Notes under the pieces: generated by a model
Seen by the model: only the letters and a program-made list of their open reading frames with translations
Told to the model about the DNA's origin: nothing
Database searches by the model: none
From: Pyrobaculum calidifontis JCM 11548
GTDB taxonomy: Archaea; Thermoproteota; Thermoprotei; Thermoproteales; Thermoproteaceae
Length of the DNA: 32,000 bases
Direction of reading: 5' to 3'
Assembly: GCF_000015805.1 (NCBI RefSeq)
Contig: NC_009073.1
Coordinates: 960,001-992,000 of the forward strand
Shown: one piece after another, positions 18,260 to 26,138 of the stretch
Layout of the letters: each line of letters starts with the position of its first letter
Numbering within the stretch: position 1 is the stretch's first letter
Program-made: the position numbers and the translations under genes

Positions 18260-19717
18260 GTGATTGTCAGTGTTACCCCAGAGCTGGGCATCGACGTTGG
18301 GAGAAATTTTGCTGGCGGCCTCGGCGTGCTTGAGGGGGATAAGTTCTACGCCGCGGCTAGGCTGGGGGTGCCCTACACGGTGATTACTCTGTGGTACCCC
18401 GGCGGCTACGTGGCTTACAGGTTCGAAAACGGCGAGGCCGTGCCGGTGGAGGAGGGCAACGTAGAGGAGGGCCTCGAGGTCGTGGGCGAGGGGGAGGTGG
18501 CGGTGAGGGGTGAGAAGGTCGCCGTGGCGTATCTGGCATATAGGCTTAACACGGCCACTGCGGTTTTTGTAAAAGTGAAGGCTCCCGAGTGGGCCGTGAG
18601 AGCTGTGCAACAGCTCTACATCTCTGAGAAGGAGGCGGACCGCTTCTACAGATACGTTATTTTGGCTAAGGCGGCTGTGGACTACGTGGAGAGGTACATT
18701 GGGTGGGACAACGTGCGCTACTTGGACTTGCAGGAGGCCTACACTGCCCTAGTGCCGCTTGTGAAACGCCACGCGAGGGCTAGAATTGTAATTCACACGC
18801 CTGCGCCGTGGGGCCATCCCGCCTTCTCTAAGCGGTTTTTCAAAGAGGAATTCGGCTTCGACATGGCCATGGACCCCGTGGTGCTGACAGAGGTGGGTCT
18901 CGCCGCGTCTGTGGAGGGGATAGTCGTGTCGAAGAAAATGGTTGGGCTAGTGTGCAACGCCTTTCCCCACTTCTGCCACAAGATTAGGCCTGTGACAAAC
19001 GCCGTGGAGGTGCCCCGCTGGGAGCACCCCAAGGTGTCCAGGGTCAAAAGCCCCGAAGAGCTTCGGAAGGCTAGAGAGGAGGTGAAGAGAGAGGCGCTGA
19101 GGGCCCTCGGCGTCGAGGCAGAGGGCAAGGTTGTGATATCGTGGGCGCGCCGCATTACACACTACAAGAGGCCCCACTTCGTGCTACAATTGATAGAGGA
19201 CGTGGACAGAGATGTGGTGTTTATCCTAGGCGGCAGGGCCCATCCCCAGGACGGCTACGGCGTAGAGATGATGAAAAAGTTCAAGGAGGTGGCTAACGCC
19301 GCGGCCAACGTGTACTACTTCCCCCAGCTCGACATAGACACAATAAGGAAGATCATCTGGGCGACGGACATATGGCTCTTCACCCCCTTCAGCGGCTGGG
19401 AGGCCAGCGGCACGTCTTTTATGAAGGCTGGCATAAACGGCGTGCCCTCAGTTGCCTCTAGAGATGGGGCAGTGGTCGAAGCCGTCCGCGACGGCTACAA
19501 CGGGTGGCTCTTCGGCGAAGACCGCCCCGTCCTACTGCCGCTGGACAGCAGAGACGTAGACGAGCGCGAATACGCCGAGTTTAAGAAAAAGGTGGAAGAG
19601 GCCTTGAACAGCTACTACGGCGGCGAGTATTGGCAAGTGGCGTACAACGCCTATGTCACATTCCGCCAGTACTTTTCCATGGACCGGCTGTTTCGCGATT
19701 ACCACTATAAAGAATAA
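18260..19717 (+). CDS. glgP: Short alpha-glucan (glycogen/maltodextrin) phosphorylase-like protein, GT35 family
   Basis: N-terminal SVTPELG...AGGLGVLEGDKFYAAARLGVP and the PLP-lysine motif EASGTSFMKAGINGV. The start is moved to GTG 18260 (485 aa), since TTTTTAAAA 18231-18239 is centred about 25 nt upstream. The track's start at 18116 lies inside aor. Confidence 0.8.
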   Translation: MIVSVTPELGIDVGRNFAGGLGVLEGDKFYAAARLGVPYTVITLWYPGGYVAYRFENGEAVPVEEGNVEEGLEVVGEGEVAVRGEKVAVAYLAYRLNTATAVFVKVKAPEWAVRAVQQLYISEKEADRFYRYVILAKAAVDYVERYIGWDNVRYLDLQEAYTALVPLVKRHARARIVIHTPAPWGHPAFSKRFFKEEFGFDMAMDPVVLTEVGLAASVEGIVVSKKMVGLVCNAFPHFCHKIRPVTNAVEVPRWEHPKVSRVKSPEELRKAREEVKREALRALGVEAEGKVVISWARRITHYKRPHFVLQLIEDVDRDVVFILGGRAHPQDGYGVEMMKKFKEVANAAANVYYFPQLDIDTIRKIIWATDIWLFTPFSGWEASGTSFMKAGINGVPSVASRDGAVVEAVRDGYNGWLFGEDRPVLLPLDSRDVDEREYAEFKKKVEEALNSYYGGEYWQVAYNAYVTFRQYFSMDRLFRDYHYKE

Positions 19718-19738
19718 AAGCGACACTCACACTTCTCT

Positions 19739-21160
19739 GTGATACTGATAATTAGACCGGGGGAGCTCACAGTCAAGCGGGGGGCCACTAGGCTTGAGAT
19801 GGAGAGACTGCTCCTGAGGGCGGCGAGGGAGGCCGCTGGTGAGTGTGGAGGAGCTAGGTTTCGCAGAGAGCCGGGAAGGATATATGCCGAGGGCGACGTC
19901 GAGTGCCTAAAGAGGGCTTTGTCGAGAGTTTTCGGCGTAAAGTCGGTGAGCCCAGCCCACGTGGTGACGTTCAAAGAGGTGGGGGACATAGCGTCTGCCG
20001 CGGCGGCGTTGTGGTCAAATGCGGCGGCTGGGAGAAAATTCGCAGTGAGGGTGCACAGGGTGGGCGACCATCCTTTTACGTCGCGGGACGTGGCGGCGGC
20101 TGTGGGGGCCGCGCTTGTGGCCGCCGGGGGGACAGTGGACTTGGAGAACCCCGAGGTGGAGTTCTTTGTGGAGGTGAGGGGCGACAAGGCCTACCTCTAC
20201 ACCGAGGTGGTGGAGGGGCCCGGCGGCCTCCCGCTGGGCTCCGAGGGCAAGGTGCTCGCGCTGGTCTCCGGCGGCATTGACTCCCCCGTGGCCGCGTGGA
20301 TGTTGATGAGGCGGGGGGCCCACGTAGACGTCTTCCACTGCGCCCTTGGGGGCACCCCCACTCTGAAGAGGTCGCTGGAGGTCATAAGGCAACTCCTCTC
20401 ATGGTCCTACGGCTACAACGCCCGGGTAATTGTGGCAGACTGCTCGCCAGTGGCAAAGGCCATTAGGGCCAAGGTGAGGGAGGAGCTGTGGAACATAGCC
20501 TTCAAGAGGGCCTTGTACCTTGCGGCGGCCGAGGCGGCGCGGAGAGTCAAAGCCTTAGCGCTGGCAACTGGCGAGTCGCTGGGGCAAGTCTCGTCTCAGA
20601 CGTTGCAAGCCCTCGCCGCGGTCGAGAAGGGCCTCGACATGCCGGTGTTGAGGCCCCTCATCGGCATGGACAAGGAGGAAATTGTACAACTGGCGAAGAG
20701 GATAGGGACCTACGACCTGTCGGCCCACATGCCAGAGTACTGCGCCATCTTCAGCAGGAGGCCAAAGAAGTGGGCTACCCGTGAGGAGGTAGAGGAGATA
20801 GACCTGGCGGTGGGGGACGTGGCTAGAGAAGTCGCGTCGGCGGCCAAGGTGCTTCGGAAGAGGGAGCTCGCGGATTACATATCTACGTTGTCGCCGCCGA
20901 CGGACCTCGAGGTGGAGGAGCCGCCCCCGGACGCGGTGGTGGTGGACCTACGCGACGAGGAGTCGTACAAGAGGTGGCACTACCCCGGCGCCGTGAGAGC
21001 CGACGTAGAGGACGTGGCGAAGCTGGTGGACAAGCTGGGGAGAGACAAGACCTACGTCTTTTACTGCTACAGCGGGGGCCTAAGCATCGACGTCGCCGAG
21101 GCGCTGAGAAAACAGGGAATAAGGGCGTACTCGCTAAGGCTAAGGCTCGACCGTGAGTGA
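19739..21160 (+). CDS. thiI: tRNA 4-thiouridine synthase ThiI with C-terminal rhodanese-like domain
   Basis: PP-loop LVSGGIDSPVAAW. THUMP-like N-terminal region. Conserved Cys in EYCAIF. C-terminal rhodanese fold with a CYSGGLS loop. GTG start with an A/T-rich box at 19705-19719. Confidence 0.9.
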   Translation: MILIIRPGELTVKRGATRLEMERLLLRAAREAAGECGGARFRREPGRIYAEGDVECLKRALSRVFGVKSVSPAHVVTFKEVGDIASAAAALWSNAAAGRKFAVRVHRVGDHPFTSRDVAAAVGAALVAAGGTVDLENPEVEFFVEVRGDKAYLYTEVVEGPGGLPLGSEGKVLALVSGGIDSPVAAWMLMRRGAHVDVFHCALGGTPTLKRSLEVIRQLLSWSYGYNARVIVADCSPVAKAIRAKVREELWNIAFKRALYLAAAEAARRVKALALATGESLGQVSSQTLQALAAVEKGLDMPVLRPLIGMDKEEIVQLAKRIGTYDLSAHMPEYCAIFSRRPKKWATREEVEEIDLAVGDVAREVASAAKVLRKRELADYISTLSPPTDLEVEEPPPDAVVVDLRDEESYKRWHYPGAVRADVEDVAKLVDKLGRDKTYVFYCYSGGLSIDVAEALRKQGIRAYSLRLRLDRE

Positions 21161-21307
21161 AGACAGACACACTTGAACGAGTCCTCGTCTGACTCTCTCC
21201 CCTCGCTACGGCGTGTGTTCTATCATAGCAGGGAGGCTAGCTTCCTATGGAAGTCCCGACGCCGTATTGGCGACTTCTGCTCCTAGACGCCGTGTGGATG
21301 GACGTGT

Positions 21308-21357
21308 TCAGCCTGTGGCGTAACTCGTCACTGGTCTGCTAAGGGACAGCTCATCAC
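21308..21357 (-). ncRNA. Candidate C/D-box sRNA (2'-O-methylation guide)
   Basis: Minus strand reads GTGATGA (C) / GCTGTCCCTTAG (12 nt) / CAGA (D') / CCA / GTGACGA (C') / GTTACGCCACAGG (13 nt) / CTGA (D). Total 50 nt, intergenic. TATA-like TTTTTAAG (21386-21379, minus strand) starts 29 nt upstream of the C box. Confidence 0.55.
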
Positions 21358-21377
21358 ATATCACCGGAGGCCCCATC

Positions 21378-21386
21378 CTTAAAAAC
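21378..21386. promoter_or_regulatory. Possibly bidirectional TATA-like box (C/D sRNA on minus, MBL nuclease gene on plus)
   Basis: CTTAAAAAC / GTTTTTAAG. The minus-strand TATA starts 29 nt from the C box at 21357. On the plus strand it starts 27 nt from GTG 21406. Confidence 0.45.
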
Positions 21387-21393
21387 TGTGTAG

Positions 21394-22353
21394 ATGCGCC
21401 AGTGCGTGAATATATACTGGAACCGCGGCATATATGTCGAGGGCAGGAGGGCGAGGTTTGTTGTCGATCCCGTGGGCCCGGTGGAGGGGCCTGTGGACTT
21501 CGTTCTCGTGACCCACGGCCACAGCGACCACGTCTCTCGGTACATGTTTAAACACTTGGTGGTCGCCACGGCGGAGACGTTTAAGGCCATTGAGGTTAAA
21601 TTTGGCGGCGTGCCTCCGAGGCGGCTCGTGACGGCGCCCGGCAGAGTCTTTGAGGTAGGCGGCGTGGAGGTGGCCGTGTTTGACGCAGGGCACATCGTGG
21701 GTAGCGTGATGTACTTAGTGGAGCTGGACGGGGTTCAGATCTTAATTACGGGCGACTACAGCGTCTACGGCTCAATACTCACAGACGGGGCAGAGCCCGT
21801 GGAAAAGCCCGACATACTCATCACAGAGGCCACCTATGGGGACCCGGCCTACGTATTCCCCAACAAGGCCGATGTGTACAACGAACTCCTCGACCTAGTG
21901 GAGAGACATGCGGGGGAGAGGGGCGTGGCCATTGCGGCATATCCCCTGGGCAAGGCACAGGAGGTCTCTGCACTGCTCGGGAGCAGGGCCAAGGCCCACC
22001 CCCTCGTGGCACGTTACAACAGGGCCTTGGGCATTAGGAGCGGCACCGACGGCGACGTGGTCGTAGTGCCCAGCCTCAAGGCGGCGCCTCCAGGCTTTGT
22101 CAAAGTGGAGGCGACGGGGTGGTACTCCGACGAAGAGTACAGAAGAAGGAGCGCCGAGAGGGGGATATATGGCGTGCCCCTCAGCGACCACAGCGATTAT
22201 GTGGGACTTATAGAGTTTGTCAACGCGTCGGCGCCTAAGCTTGTATACACTGTATACGGCTTTTCAGAGCGCCTTGCCCGTAGCCTTAGGCGGCTTGGGC
22301 ACAGGGCTTACACAATACCAGGCGCCGCTGGGCTGTCCAGATTTCTGAAATAG
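21394..22353 (+). CDS. Metallo-beta-lactamase-fold, beta-CASP-like nuclease (small SNM1 / ligase-associated-exonuclease-like form)
   Basis: THGHSDH (HxHxDH), DAGHIVGS, ITEATYG and LSDHSDY motifs in the order expected for MBL/beta-CASP enzymes. 319 aa. In-frame GTG 21406 fits leaderless spacing from TTAAAAAC (21379-21386) better than ATG 21394. Confidence 0.75.
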   Translation: MRQCVNIYWNRGIYVEGRRARFVVDPVGPVEGPVDFVLVTHGHSDHVSRYMFKHLVVATAETFKAIEVKFGGVPPRRLVTAPGRVFEVGGVEVAVFDAGHIVGSVMYLVELDGVQILITGDYSVYGSILTDGAEPVEKPDILITEATYGDPAYVFPNKADVYNELLDLVERHAGERGVAIAAYPLGKAQEVSALLGSRAKAHPLVARYNRALGIRSGTDGDVVVVPSLKAAPPGFVKVEATGWYSDEEYRRRSAERGIYGVPLSDHSDYVGLIEFVNASAPKLVYTVYGFSERLARSLRRLGHRAYTIPGAAGLSRFLK

Positions 22354-22381
22354 TTATATACTCCGCGCGCCGTCTAACACG

Positions 22382-22431
22382 GTGATGTGAGTCATGCCCG
22401 TATGACCGGTGATTTTTCCAGGGGTAGCTGA
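22382..22431 (+). ncRNA. Candidate C/D-box sRNA with degenerate C and C' boxes
   Basis: GTGATGT (C) / GAGTCATGCCCGT (13 nt) / ATGA (D') / CCG / GTGATTT (C') / TTCCAGGGGTAG (12 nt) / CTGA (D). Total 50 nt, intergenic. TTATATA at 22354-22360 lies about 25 nt upstream of the C box. Confidence 0.45.
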
Positions 22432-22473
22432 TTAACACCTTGCTTAAATTTGGCAACGGTCCTAAGGATAAGA

Positions 22474-22481
22474 TTTATATT
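22474..22481 (+). promoter_or_regulatory. TATA-like box for the BMP ABC transporter operon
   Basis: TTTATATT centred about 25 nt upstream of ATG 22502. Confidence 0.5.
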
Positions 22482-22501
22482 GATGTTTAATTCTTCACTT
22501 C

Positions 22502-23788
22502 ATGTCGGCAAGTAGGAGGGAGTGGCTTAAGGCCGTCGCCTCCTTTGCCGTAGGCGCAATTGTGGGTAGCGGCGCCACGTACGCCGCCTTGCAGAGTATA
22601 GGGCGAGCAGTGGAGAAGGTGGCCACCACCTCGCCCACAGCCACGGTTGCGCCCTCGCAAGCGGGCTTGCCCAAGATGAAGGCCTACTTCATCTACGTGG
22701 GGCCAGTCGGCGACTACGGCTGGACGTATGCCCACGACAGAGGGCGGCGGTTTGCCGAACGTGCCCTCTGCCCCAGCGAGAGGTGGTGTATTGTGGAGAC
22801 GAAGTACGTGGAGAGCGTGCCCGAGGACCAGGCCTACACTTACGTGAAGAGGGCTGTCCAAGAGGGGGCTCACATAGTGTTTACAACGTCGTATGGCTTT
22901 ATGGATGGCACAAAGCAGGCGGCGAAGGAGTTCTCAGATAGGTTCTTTGCCCACTGCTCCGGCTATTTTGCGAGCCCGGAGGAGTGGGCCCAGTTGAAGA
23001 ACTTCGCCGAGTATTTCATTGACCTCTACGAGGCTTATTACCTCAACGGCATTGTGGCTGGGAAAATGACTAAGACTAACAAGCTTGGGTATGTCGCAGC
23101 GTTTCCAAAGTTGCCCGAGATTATACGCCACATGAACGCCTTCCTAATAGGCGCGCGGGAGGTGAATCCCAACGTGAAAATGGACGTGGTAGAGCTCGGC
23201 GCGTGGTACGCCCCAGACAGGGCCAGGTCCGCCGCAGTGAATTTAGTAGAGGCCGGTGTCGACGTCCTCGCCTTCACTGAGGATAGCCCCACCGTGTTGC
23301 AGGTGGCAGATGAGTATCAGCAGAGGGGCAAGGCCGTGTGGTCCTTCTCCCACTACTCGGATATGAGCAAGTATGGGCCGAGGGCCCACTTGACTGGGCA
23401 AGTGGTGAACTGGGGGCCGTTGTACGTGGAGATGTTGATTAGGGCCTACTTGGCGTGGGTCTCTGGCGATATTACGTTGTGGAGCGAGTGGCCGCCAGAG
23501 AGGCCCCGGGACTACTGGTGGAGCATGAAAAACGCCTACGCGGGATATGGACATGACAAGAATCCCGCCGACATAATTTTGCCGCTTAACTCAGCTGTGC
23601 CAGAGGAGGTGAGGAGGTACGTAGATCAGAGGAGGAGGGAGATCATTGAGGGCGTGTGGGACCCATTCACTGGGCCAATTAGGGATAGAGAGGGGAGGTT
23701 GAGGGTGCCGGAGAGAAGGCGCCTTAGCAAGGACGAGTTGTACAACATGGACTGGTACGTGGAGGGCTACGGGAAGCTTCCGGCGTAA
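22502..23788 (+). CDS. BMP-family (PnrA/Med-like) ABC transporter substrate-binding protein, likely nucleoside/sugar binding
   Basis: YFIYVGPVGDYGWTYAHDRG is typical of the BMP family. The N-terminus SRREWLK plus a hydrophobic stretch resembles a twin-arginine signal or anchor, followed by a Thr/Ser/Pro-rich linker. First gene of a 4-gene operon. Confidence 0.85.
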   Translation: MSASRREWLKAVASFAVGAIVGSGATYAALQSIGRAVEKVATTSPTATVAPSQAGLPKMKAYFIYVGPVGDYGWTYAHDRGRRFAERALCPSERWCIVETKYVESVPEDQAYTYVKRAVQEGAHIVFTTSYGFMDGTKQAAKEFSDRFFAHCSGYFASPEEWAQLKNFAEYFIDLYEAYYLNGIVAGKMTKTNKLGYVAAFPKLPEIIRHMNAFLIGAREVNPNVKMDVVELGAWYAPDRARSAAVNLVEAGVDVLAFTEDSPTVLQVADEYQQRGKAVWSFSHYSDMSKYGPRAHLTGQVVNWGPLYVEMLIRAYLAWVSGDITLWSEWPPERPRDYWWSMKNAYAGYGHDKNPADIILPLNSAVPEEVRRYVDQRRREIIEGVWDPFTGPIRDREGRLRVPERRRLSKDELYNMDWYVEGYGKLPA

Positions 23789-25179
23789 TGCCATTCCTCC
23801 GCGCGGTCGGAATTAGGAAGTTTTTTCCAGGCGTTGTCGCTCTCGACGGAGTAGACTTTGAGGTGGAGAGAGGCGAGGTCCACGCCCTCCTGGGGGAGAA
23901 CGGGGCTGGGAAATCTACCCTGGTTTCAATTATCTACGGGGTGTATCTCCCAGACGGCGGCGAGATCTACATAGAGGGGAAGAGGGTTGAAATTACGTCG
24001 CCACGCCGCGCGGCGCAGATGGGGATCTCGCTTATATCGCAGCACTTCGCCCTAGTGGAGACGCTGACGGTCGAGGAGAACTTAAAACTGGCCGGCGTGG
24101 AGGTAAAACGCGCTCTAGAGATGGCGGACATGCTTGGGGTAGAGCTACCTCTGGACAAGTACGTCGCCGAGCTCACCGTGGGCGAGAGGCAGAGGGTGGA
24201 GATAGTGAAGGCGCTTGCGAAGGAGAGCGTGCTCTTCCTAATGGACGAGCCCACGGCCCTCCTCTCTCCAAGGGAGTCGAAGGCTCTCCTCTCCACGGCT
24301 AAGAGACTGGCTGAGCTGGGGAAGGCGGTGGTGTTGGTGACACATAAGATTAGGGAGGCGGTGGAGGTGGCTGATAGGATAACTGTGCTTAGGAGGGGGG
24401 TCAGAGTTGGCGTGTTTAAAAAGCCGTTTGACGAGGGCGAGTTGTTGGAGGCTATGTTTGGCAAAGTGATTCAGAGGAGCGTCTACAAGTCGGCGGCAGG
24501 CGGCGAGGTGATATACCGCGCCGAGGGGCTAACGGGCGAGAGAGTTCGCGACATGTCTATTGAGCTGAGGCGCGGCGAGCTTGTCGCAGTTTTGGGAGTT
24601 GCAGGGAATGGGCAAGAGGAGCTTATGGAGCTCCTCGCGGGCTTCAAGAGGCCGCAGAGGGGCAGAATTGTGCTAGACGGCGTAGATATGACGGGCCGGC
24701 CCTTCGCAGAGTTTTTAAGACGCGGCGTCGTCTATTTGCCAGAGGATAGAGGCCGCGCCTTAGCGAGAGATTTAAGCGTAATCGACAACTTTAAGATGCG
24801 TTGTTTCAAGGACTGCGTGAAAAAACTTGAAGAGTTTAGGGAGCTACTTGACATAGACATACCGAGCTTGTCCACAAGGGTAAGCGCGTTGTCGGGCGGA
24901 AATCAGCAGAAGCTCCTCCTGGCCAGAGAGCTGCTCCTCCGCGACCCCTACATAGTCGTGGCCTCTTACCCCACCCGCGGCCTCGACTTAGAAACCAGCG
25001 AGAAGTTCTATGCCATTGTTAGAAAGGTGGTCAAGGGCGCGGCTGTGGTGAGTTTGGAAGACGTGGAGGAGGCCGTGGAAAAGGCCGATAGGATATACGT
25101 GCTCTCCAGAGGCCGCGTTGTTGCCTCATTCACGCCGCCCTACGACGTCGATCAGATCGCAGAGGCCATGGCCTCATGA
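23788..25179 (+). CDS. ABC transporter ATP-binding protein with duplicated ATPase domains
   Basis: First domain has GENGAGKST, then LTVGERQRVEIVKAL and LMDEPTALL. Second domain has GVAGNGQEEL and LSGGNQQKLLLAREL. The start overlaps the upstream stop. Confidence 0.9.
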   Translation: MPFLRAVGIRKFFPGVVALDGVDFEVERGEVHALLGENGAGKSTLVSIIYGVYLPDGGEIYIEGKRVEITSPRRAAQMGISLISQHFALVETLTVEENLKLAGVEVKRALEMADMLGVELPLDKYVAELTVGERQRVEIVKALAKESVLFLMDEPTALLSPRESKALLSTAKRLAELGKAVVLVTHKIREAVEVADRITVLRRGVRVGVFKKPFDEGELLEAMFGKVIQRSVYKSAAGGEVIYRAEGLTGERVRDMSIELRRGELVAVLGVAGNGQEELMELLAGFKRPQRGRIVLDGVDMTGRPFAEFLRRGVVYLPEDRGRALARDLSVIDNFKMRCFKDCVKKLEEFRELLDIDIPSLSTRVSALSGGNQQKLLLARELLLRDPYIVVASYPTRGLDLETSEKFYAIVRKVVKGAAVVSLEDVEEAVEKADRIYVLSRGRVVASFTPPYDVDQIAEAMAS

Positions 25180-26138
25180 GGCTCGTCCAGAGAAGAGAGC
25201 CGTACCCCCTCGGCTACGCAGTGGCCTTGGCCGGCTCTTTAGCCACGACGCTCGCCGCAGTGTTGCTGGCCACAAACCGACTAGACTCGGCCTTGGCTGT
25301 GCTGGCCATCACAGATTGGGGATTCTACCTAAGGGTATTCGCAGTGGTGGGCATTGTGGCCATGTCGGGGGTTGTGTCGTATAGGGCTGGTCTTTGGAAC
25401 ATCGGCCAAGAGGGCCAGGCAGTGGTAGGCGCGCTCGCCGCCCTGGCGTCCACCGACCCGCTGGGGGCCCTCTTCGCCGGCTTCTTAGTCGGCCTAGCCT
25501 GGGCTCTGCCCCCGGCTTTGCTGAGGGCCTTCCTCGGCGTAAATGAGGCAGTTACCACATTCCTCCTAACCTTTGTCGCAGTCTACACCGCCCGCTACTT
25601 CATAGAGGGCCCCCTGAGAGACCCGGCCAAGAGGGGCTTTGTGGCATCGGTTGAGGCCCCCCACCTAGGCCTAGCCGCCGCTGTGGGAGCACTGGCTGTT
25701 GTAGCTATCGGCGTATTAGTACTGTATAAGACGCGGCTCGGCTTATACCTCCGCCTACTGGCCTCCGGCGAAGAGGTAGTAAGGTACGCCGGCGCATTGC
25801 CCACTGTGTATATCTTGTTGGGGCTGGCGCTGAGCGGCGCGTTGGCGGGCCTGGGGGGCGCGGTAGAGATTTCAAGCAGAGAGGCAGGCAGATATATGAC
25901 GCTCCAGCAGGTGTCAACGGGGTTTGGGCTATACGGCATATCGGCCGCCTGGCTGGGTGGGCTGAGCCCCCTGGGCGCCTTAGCCGCCTCGGCCTATGTG
26001 GCCTGGCTCTACCAAGTGGGCGTAAACCTCAAAGTCCTCGGCCTACCGGCGCTTGTGGCAAACGCTCTCGTGGGAAGCGCCATGGCGTGGGGCCTCGCCG
26101 GCTACGTCCTCTACAAGTATAGAGTCGTATGGCGGTAG
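25176..26138 (+). CDS. ABC transporter permease (BMP-type system, first permease)
   Basis: 320 aa and multi-TM, with the GLWNIGQEGQ motif typical of this permease family. ATGA overlap with the ATPase gene. Confidence 0.8.
   Translation: MRLVQRREPYPLGYAVALAGSLATTLAAVLLATNRLDSALAVLAITDWGFYLRVFAVVGIVAMSGVVSYRAGLWNIGQEGQAVVGALAALASTDPLGALFAGFLVGLAWALPPALLRAFLGVNEAVTTFLLTFVAVYTARYFIEGPLRDPAKRGFVASVEAPHLGLAAAVGALAVVAIGVLVLYKTRLGLYLRLLASGEEVVRYAGALPTVYILLGLALSGALAGLGGAVEISSREAGRYMTLQQVSTGFGLYGISAAWLGGLSPLGALAASAYVAWLYQVGVNLKVLGLPALVANALVGSAMAWGLAGYVLYKYRVVWR

Noticed and set aside
21157-21192. GTGAAGA ... CTGA on the plus strand at the thiI stop, a possible C/D sRNA
   Set aside because: The C box is imperfect. 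There are only 25 nt between the boxes, with no D'/C' pair and no 12-nt guide spacing. This does not fit C/D sRNA architecture.
21247-21342. 31-codon plus-strand ORF MEVPTPYWRLLLLDAVWMDVFSLWRNSSLVC in the thiI-MBL intergenic region
   Set aside because: There is no TATA box at the right distance. It overlaps the better-supported minus-strand C/D sRNA candidate. It is too short to distinguish from chance.
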